Shown: one piece after another, positions 1 to 8,743 of the stretch
Position numbering within the stretch: position 1 is the stretch's first letter
Layout: every line of letters begins with the position of its first letter
DNA from: Pseudomonadota bacterium
GTDB taxonomy: Bacteria > Pseudomonadota > Gammaproteobacteria > Pseudomonadales > Azotimanducaceae
Length of the DNA: 24,000 nt
Assembly: GCA_039028095.1 (NCBI GenBank)
Contig: JBCCIU010000008.1
Coordinates: 32,246-56,245, forward strand
Reading direction: 5' to 3'
Program-made: the position numbers and the translations under genes
Notes under the pieces: generated by a model
Databases searched by the model: none
What the model saw: the letters and a program-made list of their open reading frames with translations, nothing else
Told to the model about the DNA's origin: nothing

Positions 1-1320
1 TGGTCGGGTTCTGTGCTCACTAACTATAACCGTCAGTCCGTACAGGACCTCGACAGCGACGATTGGATCGACATGCCGGGTTACGATCGCTATTCAATCA
101 GACCGCGACTCTTTTATAACGGATCAGACGGCTCTAGCGCATACATCACAGTTGGTGCCATGACCGAGGATCGCCGCGGCGGAACCGACAGCGGCGGGCT
201 TGCACCCAACGGCCTACCCTTTCCACACAGCCAGGAAACGAGCCGGTTTGATGCGGGTATGGTATTTGAGAAAACAATCTCGGACTGGGGTTGGGCGCAG
301 CTACGCGGATCGGGCATGCGTCAGTCTCACGACCATCGGTTCAGCACGCTGCTCGAAAAGGACGAGCACGAAACAATGTTTATCGAGGCGTCGCTGGCGG
401 GCGAGGCCGATCATATGTCATGGGTTGGCGGGGTCGCTTACCAAACCGATACCTATGAAGGTAAGACATTTCCCGTGTTCGACTACAGCTACGAATCCCC
501 GGCCGTGTTTGCACAGATCGATCTCGACATTCACGCAAACTTCAGTTTTGTGGGTAGCGCCAGATGGGATGATCATAGCGATTTCGGTTCACAGTTCAGT
601 CCACGTGTCTCAGCTGTATATCGCCCGGGCCAATGGACGGTTCGAGCCTCGTGGGGTCGTGGGTTTTATGCACCCACCCCCTTTGTGGAAGAAACCGAAG
701 CAGCTGGGCTATCCCGTCTGGAGCGCGTGAGCGGTCTTGATGCCGAAACAGCGGAGACCGTTTCTTTGGATATTGGCTACTCAACCGGGTCCATTGAAAC
801 GGGCCTCACCTTTTTCGGTTCCAACATTGAGGATGCGCTGCGACTTCAGGATGTCGCAGCAGAACAGGTGCGACTGGTCAACGAGGATGGCATCACGCGT
901 ACACGCGGTATCGAGGCCCTGCTACGTTGGCGCAAAGGCTCCTATATCGTCACGGTCAGCTATCTGTATTTGGACGCTCGCGAACCTGTCAGCGGAACGA
1001 GGCAGCGTCTTGTGCCACTCACACCACGTCATTCGGCTGGATTTCCCATGTGGGAAGAACACGGGCGAGGGCGAGTCGGCCTTGAGCTCTATTACACCGG
1101 CGAGCAATCTCTGGCCGACAATCCTTTTCGAAGCCGCAGCAAGCCCTATCTGCACATGGGATTACTCGGCGAGATTGTCCTGGGTCGCTACCACCTCTTT
1201 TTGAACCTTGAAAACCTGCTGGACGTTCGTCAGACGCGCGAGGATTCGTTATTGAGGTCAGCCCGCACGCCGGACGGGCGCCACTGGAGGGGTTTATCGC
1301 CAACGCTGGGGTGCGGGTGA
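1..1320 (+). CDS. TonB-dependent outer-membrane receptor, C-terminal beta-barrel portion (5' end outside the window; 3' end probably frameshifted)
   Basis: The frame of ORF 13..1320 is open from base 1, and the track M at 13 is a GTG with no stop upstream. It shows an alternating beta-strand pattern and TBDR-typical motifs (RASWGRGFYAPTPFVEE, TRGIEALLRW, LENLLDVRQTR). The annotated end ...RHWRGLSPTLGCG lacks the usual terminal strand, which appears in another frame at 1281..1334. Confidence 0.8.
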   Translation, partial: WSGSVLTNYNRQSVQDLDSDDWIDMPGYDRYSIRPRLFYNGSDGSSAYITVGAMTEDRRGGTDSGGLAPNGLPFPHSQETSRFDAGMVFEKTISDWGWAQLRGSGMRQSHDHRFSTLLEKDEHETMFIEASLAGEADHMSWVGGVAYQTDTYEGKTFPVFDYSYESPAVFAQIDLDIHANFSFVGSARWDDHSDFGSQFSPRVSAVYRPGQWTVRASWGRGFYAPTPFVEETEAAGLSRLERVSGLDAETAETVSLDIGYSTGSIETGLTFFGSNIEDALRLQDVAAEQVRLVNEDGITRTRGIEALLRWRKGSYIVTVSYLYLDAREPVSGTRQRLVPLTPRHSAGFPMWEEHGRGRVGLELYYTGEQSLADNPFRSRSKPYLHMGLLGEIVLGRYHLFLNLENLLDVRQTREDSLLRSARTPDGRHWRGLSPTLGCG

Positions 1321-1355
1321 AGTTTGGTCGCTAAGGCCCGCATAAACGCGCTCGA

Positions 1356-3260
1356 TTAACTCAGCCCTGCGCGTAACAACCCTTCACACAGATGATCAAT
1401 TGCGGCTTGATTGGCATAAGCAGAACGCCTCTGAAAATAGTCGATCGTTTCGGTGGCGTCATAACTTTGCAGCTGTTCTGCTAGCGCCCTTCCTTCTTCA
1501 ACCATGTCAAGTTGACCCAGACTTGCGAGAAGATAGCGTAGTCCGATAATAAAACGAGGATTCTGACCAACGGCTTTCTGAGCCCAATCCAGCGCCTGAG
1601 GATAGTCTTTGCGCTGATAGCAAATCATGGCGCGACAGGTCCAAACGAAAAACGTGACCGGATCTGTTTCAGAATGTGATTCGACGTCATCCAGAAATGC
1701 CCAGGCTGAATCGTCATCCCCGCCATAGTGAGAGATCATAGCGGCAGCAACACCGGCCATGATCGAAAAAGGATTTATGCTCAGACCTCGACGCGCCAAA
1801 TGTAACCCGGTATCGATATCATGCGCTTGGTGCCCGACAACCATAGAGGCAATCCCAAGCACAAATGCATCGTCTTGACTCATTTCAATCGCTCGACGCG
1901 CAAAGGACAACGTGAGCTCGATTTCATCATCATCATCATTGTGCTGCGGCATAAAGTTTCTAATCATCGCCAAGGCGCATGAGGCAAGACCAAAATGCGG
2001 TTTTTTCGACAAAGCACTTTCCAGATAAGCATAAGCACCTTCCGGATCAAACCCATCAGCGGTAAACATGCGAGGTAGCGCCAGTAAATAGTCATCTAGT
2101 GCACTGCGCCGAGCCTCAGGTTGATCATGCACTCGCGAAACGAGAGCGATGGGTAGGTCTATCTCGAAGCGCGCGCAGAAGAAGGCTTCGGCTCGATCTA
2201 CTTGATTCCGCGGAGTGATGGCGGTTGAGAAACGCCAACTGGTCAGAACCTCACCCGAATTGGCGTCCGCAAGTTCCGCAGTCAGTAACAGAGAACTCTG
2301 TCTTTTTGACAACGCCGACTGGAGCACAAGGTTTCCAATCGACGCATAGTCATCCTTTGCACGCTCGGCCATAGCGGGCGCTACAACAGTGAGTGTTTTG
2401 TTCACTGAGCATGCTCTGAAGAGCATCTCTGTCATCTCACGGCCCAATTCCTTATGTGCTTTAGGAGATCGCGTCGGCAAGACGACCACGCGCGGTCGGA
2501 GATTTGCAATATCAAAAACCACTCCACCTGGCCCTGTCGAGCGGTCCGCCTCTGCAGGCCACAAAGCGGAAAGATCACCCGTGAGTGTAACCCCTTCTTT
2601 TTCAAGTTGAGCAATCGCAAGTTGCTGAACTTTCCTGGCCTCGTCCATCCTGTTCAATGACTGGAGCGTTCGTACCTGAATTACCCAAGCAGATTCATCC
2701 GAAGGATTAATCGACACCAGCTTGCGCGCGGCACCCAAGGCCTGCTCAGTCCCCGGGCCCAAGCCAACGAGCCTGTGGTGAAGAGTGATTAAGCTTTCGT
2801 TCGTGTTGACAACTCGCCCCAGGCGCCAGCTTTCGTAGTCCAGTTGCTTGGGTAAACGCAAATCTTCGAGAAACTCGCCGTCTAACAACTGCGCCAGTTT
2901 GACAAGCGCTTGTTCCTCAGGGTCAGACGACAGCAGCGTTTCAAGATCAGCAACATCTGACACCACCGGGTAGTCGGACAATCCGATCACCCGTTTGTCA
3001 GACATCAACGCCTCTTTCCCGAGGACGGATCGGAGTCGACTGAGACTCCACCTTAGAGCGCCTCTGGGATCTGCAACATCGTCAAAGAAAAGCGAAATCG
3101 CACGATCCCGCGACACGGGCTTGGGTTCACTCGCAAGATACGCCAACAGGGCGCGGGTTTTCTTGGAGCTGGGTAGCGCGACAGGATGATCGCCTAGAAA
3201 AACCTCAAATTGTCCAATGAGTTTGTATCTATACATGGCGGTCGGTGCTGCCGATTTCAC
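1356..3260 (-). CDS. Transcriptional regulator: OmpR/PhoB-type winged helix + BTAD (SARP-like) + TolB_N-like domain + C-terminal TPR
   Basis: The N-terminus YRYKLIGQFEVFLGDHPVALPSSKKTRALLAYLASEPKPVSRDRAISLFFDDVADPRGALRWSLSRLRSVLG matches the SARP/BTAD wHTH pattern. The middle segment RPRVVVLPTRSP..LTVVAPAMAE..LLLTAELADANSGEVLTSWRF resembles the TolB_N-like module seen in wHTH-TPR regulators. The C-terminal half is helical-repeat (TPR-like). The start is GTG at 3260 with AAGGAAGAG just upstream; an alternative ATG lies at 3236. Confidence 0.7.
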   Translation of the reverse strand: MKSAAPTAMYRYKLIGQFEVFLGDHPVALPSSKKTRALLAYLASEPKPVSRDRAISLFFDDVADPRGALRWSLSRLRSVLGKEALMSDKRVIGLSDYPVVSDVADLETLLSSDPEEQALVKLAQLLDGEFLEDLRLPKQLDYESWRLGRVVNTNESLITLHHRLVGLGPGTEQALGAARKLVSINPSDESAWVIQVRTLQSLNRMDEARKVQQLAIAQLEKEGVTLTGDLSALWPAEADRSTGPGGVVFDIANLRPRVVVLPTRSPKAHKELGREMTEMLFRACSVNKTLTVVAPAMAERAKDDYASIGNLVLQSALSKRQSSLLLTAELADANSGEVLTSWRFSTAITPRNQVDRAEAFFCARFEIDLPIALVSRVHDQPEARRSALDDYLLALPRMFTADGFDPEGAYAYLESALSKKPHFGLASCALAMIRNFMPQHNDDDDEIELTLSFARRAIEMSQDDAFVLGIASMVVGHQAHDIDTGLHLARRGLSINPFSIMAGVAAAMISHYGGDDDSAWAFLDDVESHSETDPVTFFVWTCRAMICYQRKDYPQALDWAQKAVGQNPRFIIGLRYLLASLGQLDMVEEGRALAEQLQSYDATETIDYFQRRSAYANQAAIDHLCEGLLRAGLS

Positions 3261-3331
3261 ACTCTTCCTTGTGTTCAGACACGATTACATGCCATCCGTT
3301 CGGGCTTCACACGAAAGTTACCACACAATGA

Positions 3332-5593
3332 TCAAACAGACAGGCTTGCGTCCCCGTCAGTACCGTCGGTATTGAAGAGACCTAAAAGCCAAGGTAACAA
3401 ACCAAGACAAAACATGAGCGCCAGACCAAAGACCAAACAACTCAAAATCCCCAGCTGTGCGTTAATGAGGAATCCCGATAAGTAGAGGACAGAAAAACCC
3501 GCGATGAGGGCGATTGTGGTCACCACGATCGCCTCTCCGGCGAGCGTAAACGCGTAGCGTACCGCCTGTCTGTGAGACCGGGTCGATCTCGCAAACTGGT
3601 ATCGGTGGATAAAATGAATCGTATCATCGAGCAATACGCCGATGGTAACCGCAACAATGACCGCTCCAGGCAAACCGATCGTCCCTGACACACCACCCCA
3701 AATACCAAAGCCTGTCAGCAACGGCACAAGTCCCATTATTAGTGAGGCCATACCTAGCTTCGCACTGCGGAGGACAAAACCAAGCAGAATCCCAATCAGA
3801 CTAACCGAGAGGGCAGTGGCTACGACCATACTCCGGACATTATCTAACGATAGATGGGCAAAGAGCTCGCTCAACCCCACAATGCTTGAATGATTAAAGT
3901 ATTCATCCGCTTTTAGTCGCTCATCCAACCGGTCGATGAACTCACGAATCTCAGCGGAACTGAGTCCATCAAGCACCACGGTGACCCTAGCGCTGGTCCG
4001 ATCCAGCGATAGAAAATCTGATAAGGACTCCCCGGGATCCAAGGACATTTCGTACAGCAATACATACTCAGCCAGCGCCATCTGCTCTGTAGGCAAAACA
4101 CCATTGCGTTCGGGGATTGAACGAGCTACCTGACCAAGGGGGTCGAGGTAACTAAATACATTGACGACTGACGTTTCTGCACGAAGCCACGCCACAATCT
4201 CACCGAGGGCAACTACATATTCTGGGTCTGTCACCTCGTCTTGCGCCGGGTGAGGTATATCCACCTGTAACTCGATTTGACCCGTGAGATGTTTCGATGC
4301 GAATTCTGATGCCACGCGGTACTCGAAGGAGCGATCAAAATACCGCGTGAAGTCATCATCGAGCTCTAGTCGGAACAAACCCATAAACGAGACCAAGAAC
4401 ACCAGCAAGCAGACAATCGCCGTTGTCACCTGGTGATCAACGAGCCAGGCGAGTGGTCGTCCTTTCAGCCAACCCGACGGCGCATTGGGAAGTTGGATTA
4501 AGCTCATCAGGCAGGGCATCACTGTGTACAAACTTAAATAGGCTATAACAAGACCGGTGCATACCATCCAGCCCAACACCTGAAGCGGAGGCGCGTCGGC
4601 AAAGCTAAAGGCGAGGAAGCTGACTAATGTGGTAATCAGTGCCAAACCAGAGGGTTTCAACGTCATCTGCAACCCGGTGTGAATCCGATCAATTGGGTCA
4701 TCTGCTTTCGTGGCTCTAATCGCCACTACCAGATGCAACCCTGCAGCGATGGTAAGCGTCATCACAATGATTGGCGCAACAACCGTGGCGGTGTTGAATA
4801 CATGGCCAGCCATAGCCCAAAGTGCAATGGTCAAGAGCGCACTACCACCAGCAACCAGCAACACACCGATCGAAAACCGCACGGAAACCAGAAGTAACGA
4901 CACCACAATGCCCGCAACTCCCAATCCAATTGGGATGAGTAGCTGCATGTCACGCAGAGCAGCTTCACCAAATGCGGCCATTAACGGCACCATCCCACTG
5001 AAGTGCAACTGGTATCCATCGCGCTGTAAAAACCTTGCCTTCGTGACGGCCAGCTGTGCCATCACAGTTTCCAACGTGTGCCGCTCGGGAGCATCTGGCA
5101 ACGCCACCGACAATGTATATCCGAGCGTTTTGTAGTCCTTTGAGATCAATCGCTGGGCCACCGTCGCATCACTTGCAACCACCTGATCTATTTCAATTCG
5201 GCTGGGCCGTCCTTGCATAATCGTATCGGGAGAGACCAGCGCTTCACTCGCCAGCAAATCGTCCGCACCAGATACCGCTTTGTAGTTCACCAGCGAATCG
5301 ATTCGGGTCACATGCGGCACAGACCAAAGTGCCTCATGGAGTTCCAATGCGGTGAGTAAGTGTCTTGAATCCGAAAAATCCCCGTCCTCGGTATGCAGTG
5401 TCACTAAAACTCGATTAGTTCTGGTGTACTTCGCTTCGAGATCACGCAAGGCCACATAAGATGGATCATCTTGGGCAAAGAACACCCGATTGTCCGAAGA
5501 AAACTGGATCCCCGGCAACACGACGATACCCGCAACAAGCAAAGCTACCCAGCTAGCAATAACCCGCCAGGGATTCAGAAGGAGGGTTCTCAT
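3332..5593 (-). CDS. MMPL/RND-superfamily exporter (COG1033-type predicted exporter)
   Basis: 753 aa with two repeats, each a large soluble loop followed by a cluster of TM helices. MMPL-like TM signatures include GVLLDDTIHFIHRY near the C-terminus. The start ATG overlaps the stop of the upstream gene (ATGA at 5590..5593). Confidence 0.85.
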   Translation of the reverse strand: MRTLLLNPWRVIASWVALLVAGIVVLPGIQFSSDNRVFFAQDDPSYVALRDLEAKYTRTNRVLVTLHTEDGDFSDSRHLLTALELHEALWSVPHVTRIDSLVNYKAVSGADDLLASEALVSPDTIMQGRPSRIEIDQVVASDATVAQRLISKDYKTLGYTLSVALPDAPERHTLETVMAQLAVTKARFLQRDGYQLHFSGMVPLMAAFGEAALRDMQLLIPIGLGVAGIVVSLLLVSVRFSIGVLLVAGGSALLTIALWAMAGHVFNTATVVAPIIVMTLTIAAGLHLVVAIRATKADDPIDRIHTGLQMTLKPSGLALITTLVSFLAFSFADAPPLQVLGWMVCTGLVIAYLSLYTVMPCLMSLIQLPNAPSGWLKGRPLAWLVDHQVTTAIVCLLVFLVSFMGLFRLELDDDFTRYFDRSFEYRVASEFASKHLTGQIELQVDIPHPAQDEVTDPEYVVALGEIVAWLRAETSVVNVFSYLDPLGQVARSIPERNGVLPTEQMALAEYVLLYEMSLDPGESLSDFLSLDRTSARVTVVLDGLSSAEIREFIDRLDERLKADEYFNHSSIVGLSELFAHLSLDNVRSMVVATALSVSLIGILLGFVLRSAKLGMASLIMGLVPLLTGFGIWGGVSGTIGLPGAVIVAVTIGVLLDDTIHFIHRYQFARSTRSHRQAVRYAFTLAGEAIVVTTIALIAGFSVLYLSGFLINAQLGILSCLVFGLALMFCLGLLPWLLGLFNTDGTDGDASLSV

Positions 5594-6792
5594 CGACGAA
5601 TACCTATATGCGCAGTTAGCGTGAGGCTGATGAAATCATCATGCCTGACGAGATAGATTGGTGTGCCACTTTCACGAGAACGGAAAGTCGTCGCTTGCAG
5701 ATCGAGCGACCAACCATCGGTGATTCGATGACTGAATTCCATCCGAAAGATACGCTCAGAGCGCTCACGATCAAGATAGACACCGACAAGGAGGTTGGTA
5801 TCTGCGGTGTTATTCAAAGTTAGCCGCGCACCGATAAACCAATCGTCATCGAAAACGGATTGTGGCGTGCCTAAGTCTGGTCGATCGTCATACAGATGCT
5901 CAACAACCAATCCAACGTCAGCTTGTTGCTGAGTAAGCTGGTACCATGTGTATTCAAAGCCCGCAACATAGGCGAATATCGGTGCACCATATCCGGTCTT
6001 GCGTAACAATTCGGCTTTGAACAGCCAACGATCGACGGTCACCTGGGCATCCATAGTGACCTGTTCAATTTGGTGATAAATCGGTGTGATACCCGCATCC
6101 AAGGCCGTCATTACGGGCTCTCGATCGGTGCCACTAAAGTAAGCAACGCCCAGATCAAGGTACTCCATTTGCGCGAACCATCGAACCGCATAATCCGTGT
6201 GCCACTCCTCCGCACCAGATTCGTATTGTTGGTTTAAAACCTCAAAGGGCGTTCCGAGTCGCTCACCAGCGTCATGAAACTCACGTGGTCGAAAGTATGG
6301 CAAGACATAGGCACCTAACGAGCTGGATCCGAAGCGCTTCAAGATTTTGACCATCGGTTGACCTAGGTAGTCTTCGCCATCTAAATCCTCCAGCACATCA
6401 ACTTGGTTCAGAACGTTCACCAGGTGATGGCTTTCTGTCACACCCCAAAACTCCTGGGTAACGCCGATACCGATCTCCAGCGAATGATCTCCACGATGAA
6501 ACCAGAGCTCTCTCACATCACGATGGCTGCGTGACGAATCATCAAAGCTATGTCGACCGAACAGTTCCAAAGTCAGCCCGGAGTCCGGACCGTACGACTG
6601 ATAGCCTTTGAGCAATGCGACCACGCTCGTGGCGTTGTCTACTGCATTCAGTGCGGTCCGATCTCGCGGGAAGTAACGGTGTTCCAGACCGGTGGAAAGA
6701 TCCCAATCAGCGTGAGCGCTTTGGGTCGTGGCTACTAGAGCAAGCACAGATCCAGCAAAGCTTGCCAGTTTTCGAGCATTTCTTCGTGTCAC
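5590..6792 (-). CDS. Putative outer-membrane beta-barrel protein (porin-like, family unknown)
   Basis: Signal peptide MTRRNARKLASFAGSVLALVATTQSAHA, then alternating amphipathic strands rich in aromatic girdle residues (YAVRWFAQMEY, FAYVAGFEYTWYQL, WFIGARLTLN). It sits between the LolA-like gene and the MMPL gene with translational coupling. Confidence 0.55.
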   Translation of the reverse strand: MTRRNARKLASFAGSVLALVATTQSAHADWDLSTGLEHRYFPRDRTALNAVDNATSVVALLKGYQSYGPDSGLTLELFGRHSFDDSSRSHRDVRELWFHRGDHSLEIGIGVTQEFWGVTESHHLVNVLNQVDVLEDLDGEDYLGQPMVKILKRFGSSSLGAYVLPYFRPREFHDAGERLGTPFEVLNQQYESGAEEWHTDYAVRWFAQMEYLDLGVAYFSGTDREPVMTALDAGITPIYHQIEQVTMDAQVTVDRWLFKAELLRKTGYGAPIFAYVAGFEYTWYQLTQQQADVGLVVEHLYDDRPDLGTPQSVFDDDWFIGARLTLNNTADTNLLVGVYLDRERSERIFRMEFSHRITDGWSLDLQATTFRSRESGTPIYLVRHDDFISLTLTAHIGIRR

Positions 6793-6795
6793 GAA

Positions 6796-7581
6796 CTATC
6801 GTCCTAGCCTGAGCAGCGCATCTCGCTCAAACGCCGAGACAGCCAAGTTAGATTCGAAGTTGTATTGGGCCGCCTTAAGTATGGTTTGCTTGTGGTTCAA
6901 GTGGTTTTGCATATCTAGCCGATGGGGTCGCCACACGTATCCCTGATGTTGAATGTAATCTGACAAGTTGAGGGTTTTGTGTAGTTGCTGCGCACGGTTA
7001 TAGAATTCAATTCGGCGGACCTGATATTCGCTCCGATCCACCCAGACCTTTTGGTGAGAGTAACCACTTCGCTTGTATCGCGGCGTCCGCACGATCACGT
7101 CACATAACATTCCATCAATTGTTTCTTCGCCTACCAACGCGTAGGTATACTTGTCGAGTGTTTGCGCTGCCAGGTCCTCAAACGCAAATTCTGAGCCCAC
7201 AAAAGGACCGGATTTATTGGCGCCCGGTATCCGCTTAACTCGTTTTAGGGTCGGTAAGTAGAGCCACTGCAAGTCATCCTCTGTTGTACGCGCGTGCGAA
7301 AGCAGCGCTGTTCCCGAAACATCCAGCGGCGCTCGGAATACCACAATCGAACGTTCCTCGTTCATGGCGGTGGCCTCCAAGGTGCGCAGTTCCAACACTC
7401 GAACGCTGCTTCTCCCTTTTCGATCTATCAACGTCATTTCGATGTTTGCAACGCTGCTACCGAAACCATCGTCGCTGGCCAACGACCGCTGCATAACGCG
7501 TTCAGCCTCATTGCTTGAAGCTGCGGAGTAAGACGACAACATCAAAAGAAGAGCAACAAACATTCCGGTTAAAGCTTTCAT
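6796..7581 (-). CDS. Outer-membrane lipoprotein-sorting protein, LolA-like (PF17131-type)
   Basis: Signal peptide MKALTGMFVALLLMLSSYSAASS. The family hallmark stretch DDLQWLYLPTLKRVKRIPGANKSGPFVGSEFAFEDL is present. The start overlaps the upstream stop (ATGA at 7578..7581). Confidence 0.8.
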   Translation of the reverse strand: MKALTGMFVALLLMLSSYSAASSNEAERVMQRSLASDDGFGSSVANIEMTLIDRKGRSSVRVLELRTLEATAMNEERSIVVFRAPLDVSGTALLSHARTTEDDLQWLYLPTLKRVKRIPGANKSGPFVGSEFAFEDLAAQTLDKYTYALVGEETIDGMLCDVIVRTPRYKRSGYSHQKVWVDRSEYQVRRIEFYNRAQQLHKTLNLSDYIQHQGYVWRPHRLDMQNHLNHKQTILKAAQYNFESNLAVSAFERDALLRLGR

Positions 7582-8462
7582 GAGGCGCTATCCACTTGTG
7601 CAAGCGTGAGTGCCAATTCACCAAAAATCACACCATCTTCGTTTTCAACAGTGCAGTGAAATCGCTCCGAACCTTCGCGGATGACTTCAGCAATGCTGGC
7701 ACTGAACCGTAACCGTTCCCCTGCAAACGCAAGCTGGTGGGCCTGCATATCCCCTCGCATCACATGGTAGCGCCCCTCCGGGCTGCCTCTTCTATGAAGG
7801 AACAAATGTCCCGCCACCCGACCCAATCTCCCCATCAATATCGCAACTGGTAGACTCGGATATTCAGCGAAATGCCCCAGACATTGCGCTGGTTCAACCG
7901 TCATGACACGCGAACGACAGTGAGAATCATCACTTCGTTCAATATCCAACCCCTCAACCATGGCGTAGGGTGAACCCGCCATAACAACCGGCTCTGTGAA
8001 ACGGTGATGGGCAAACATACGACAAAACAGCCGTTCGCTGAGAACCTGGTAAGTGGTGTTGAGCAGATAAAGCACCCCAAGTTCGGGGGTTCTTATTTCA
8101 CAAACACTGCAAGCTGTTTTGCCGTTGAACTCACACGCTGTCGCGGTCGCCTGTAGCGTCATCCTTGATAAATCGCTAATCGGTTGTAAATTCACAAGCT
8201 CGGCACTGGTTGCGAGGTAAAAGTGACGCCCTGGCTTAGGATTTCGCTGCGCCAGCGCAATCGACCCCAAGATGGCCAGGTGACGACCTACCTCGGAGGC
8301 AGCAATACCTCCGGCTTCTTGGTACATGGGTTGTTCGGGTTGAAGTGAACCTGCAACCTGGCCATCAGTTGTAACGTGCACTTGATCAAGGGCCAGATAT
8401 GGCTGAGTCACCTCAAGTTGCTGGTTCAATGTGCAATTGGGCAGTAAATACTCTATGGACAA
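7578..8462 (-). CDS. Double hot-dog fold protein (N-terminal thioesterase-like half, C-terminal FabZ/FabA-like dehydratase half)
   Basis: The second half carries CLGHFAEYPSLPVAILMGRLGRVAGHLF, resembling the FabZ motif GHFPxxPvmPGvl..E..aQ. The first half has GGIAASEVGRHLAILGSIALAQ, resembling the 4HBT/PaaI helix region. The start is TTG at 8462 with GGGGAAG 4-5 nt upstream, and there is no nearby in-frame ATG. Confidence 0.45.
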   Translation of the reverse strand: MSIEYLLPNCTLNQQLEVTQPYLALDQVHVTTDGQVAGSLQPEQPMYQEAGGIAASEVGRHLAILGSIALAQRNPKPGRHFYLATSAELVNLQPISDLSRMTLQATATACEFNGKTACSVCEIRTPELGVLYLLNTTYQVLSERLFCRMFAHHRFTEPVVMAGSPYAMVEGLDIERSDDSHCRSRVMTVEPAQCLGHFAEYPSLPVAILMGRLGRVAGHLFLHRRGSPEGRYHVMRGDMQAHQLAFAGERLRFSASIAEVIREGSERFHCTVENEDGVIFGELALTLAQVDSAS

Positions 8463-8480
8463 CGGACTTCCCCTAGCTGG

Positions 8481-8687
8481 TTATTTTAAAAAACCTTGTC
8501 GGAACGCATGCGCAACCGCTTCTGCCCGGGTGTGCGCACCAAGCTTTCGCATGGCGTTGGCCATATGAGCTTCTACGGTTCTGGTTTCAATGCCCAGGTC
8601 CTGGGCAATGGAGTTAGATACTTGACCTTCAGAAGCTCGGCGCAGGCACTCGAGCTCTCGACGAGTTAAGTCACGGCTCCTTGTCAT
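8481..8687 (-). CDS. Stand-alone LuxR/GerE-type HTH protein (68 aa, DNA-binding domain only)
   Basis: LTRRELECLRRASEGQVSNSIAQDLGIETRTVEAHMANAMRKLGAHTRAEAVAHAFRQGFL is a complete GerE-type HTH with no receiver or ligand domain. It lies 18 nt upstream of the hot-dog gene on the same strand. Confidence 0.8.
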   Translation of the reverse strand: MTRSRDLTRRELECLRRASEGQVSNSIAQDLGIETRTVEAHMANAMRKLGAHTRAEAVAHAFRQGFLK

Positions 8688-8720
8688 AGCAACTCCGCGT
8701 ACGATCCAATCGGTTCGTTA

Positions 8721-8743
8721 GATTACGTAAGTAGGATTACGTA
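8721..8743 (-). promoter_or_regulatory. Direct repeat GATTACGTA x2 (14-bp period), candidate operator upstream of the mini-LuxR operon
   Basis: GATTACGTA occurs at 8721..8729 and again at 8735..8743. Each copy contains the palindrome TACGTA. The repeats lie 34-56 bp upstream of the start codon at 8687, in the only spacer preceding the five-gene operon. Confidence 0.4.

Noticed and set aside
200-1303. Track ORFs overlapping the TonB-dependent receptor (200..730, 737..1204, 596..784, 922..1155, 1019..1303)
   Set aside because: These are alternative-frame or antisense shadows of a clearly coding gene. Their composition is Arg/Ser/Pro-rich and non-protein-like, and I recognise no motifs.
4710-5135. 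141-aa plus-strand ORF (and neighbours 3642..3893, 4679..4897) inside the MMPL exporter gene
   Set aside because: They are antisense to a confidently called membrane-protein gene. The same reasoning applies to 15817..16257, 16022..16318, 18131..18709, 19321..19869, 19473..19865, 20627..20929, 21085..21441, 21254..21769, 21810..22151 and 23111..23488.
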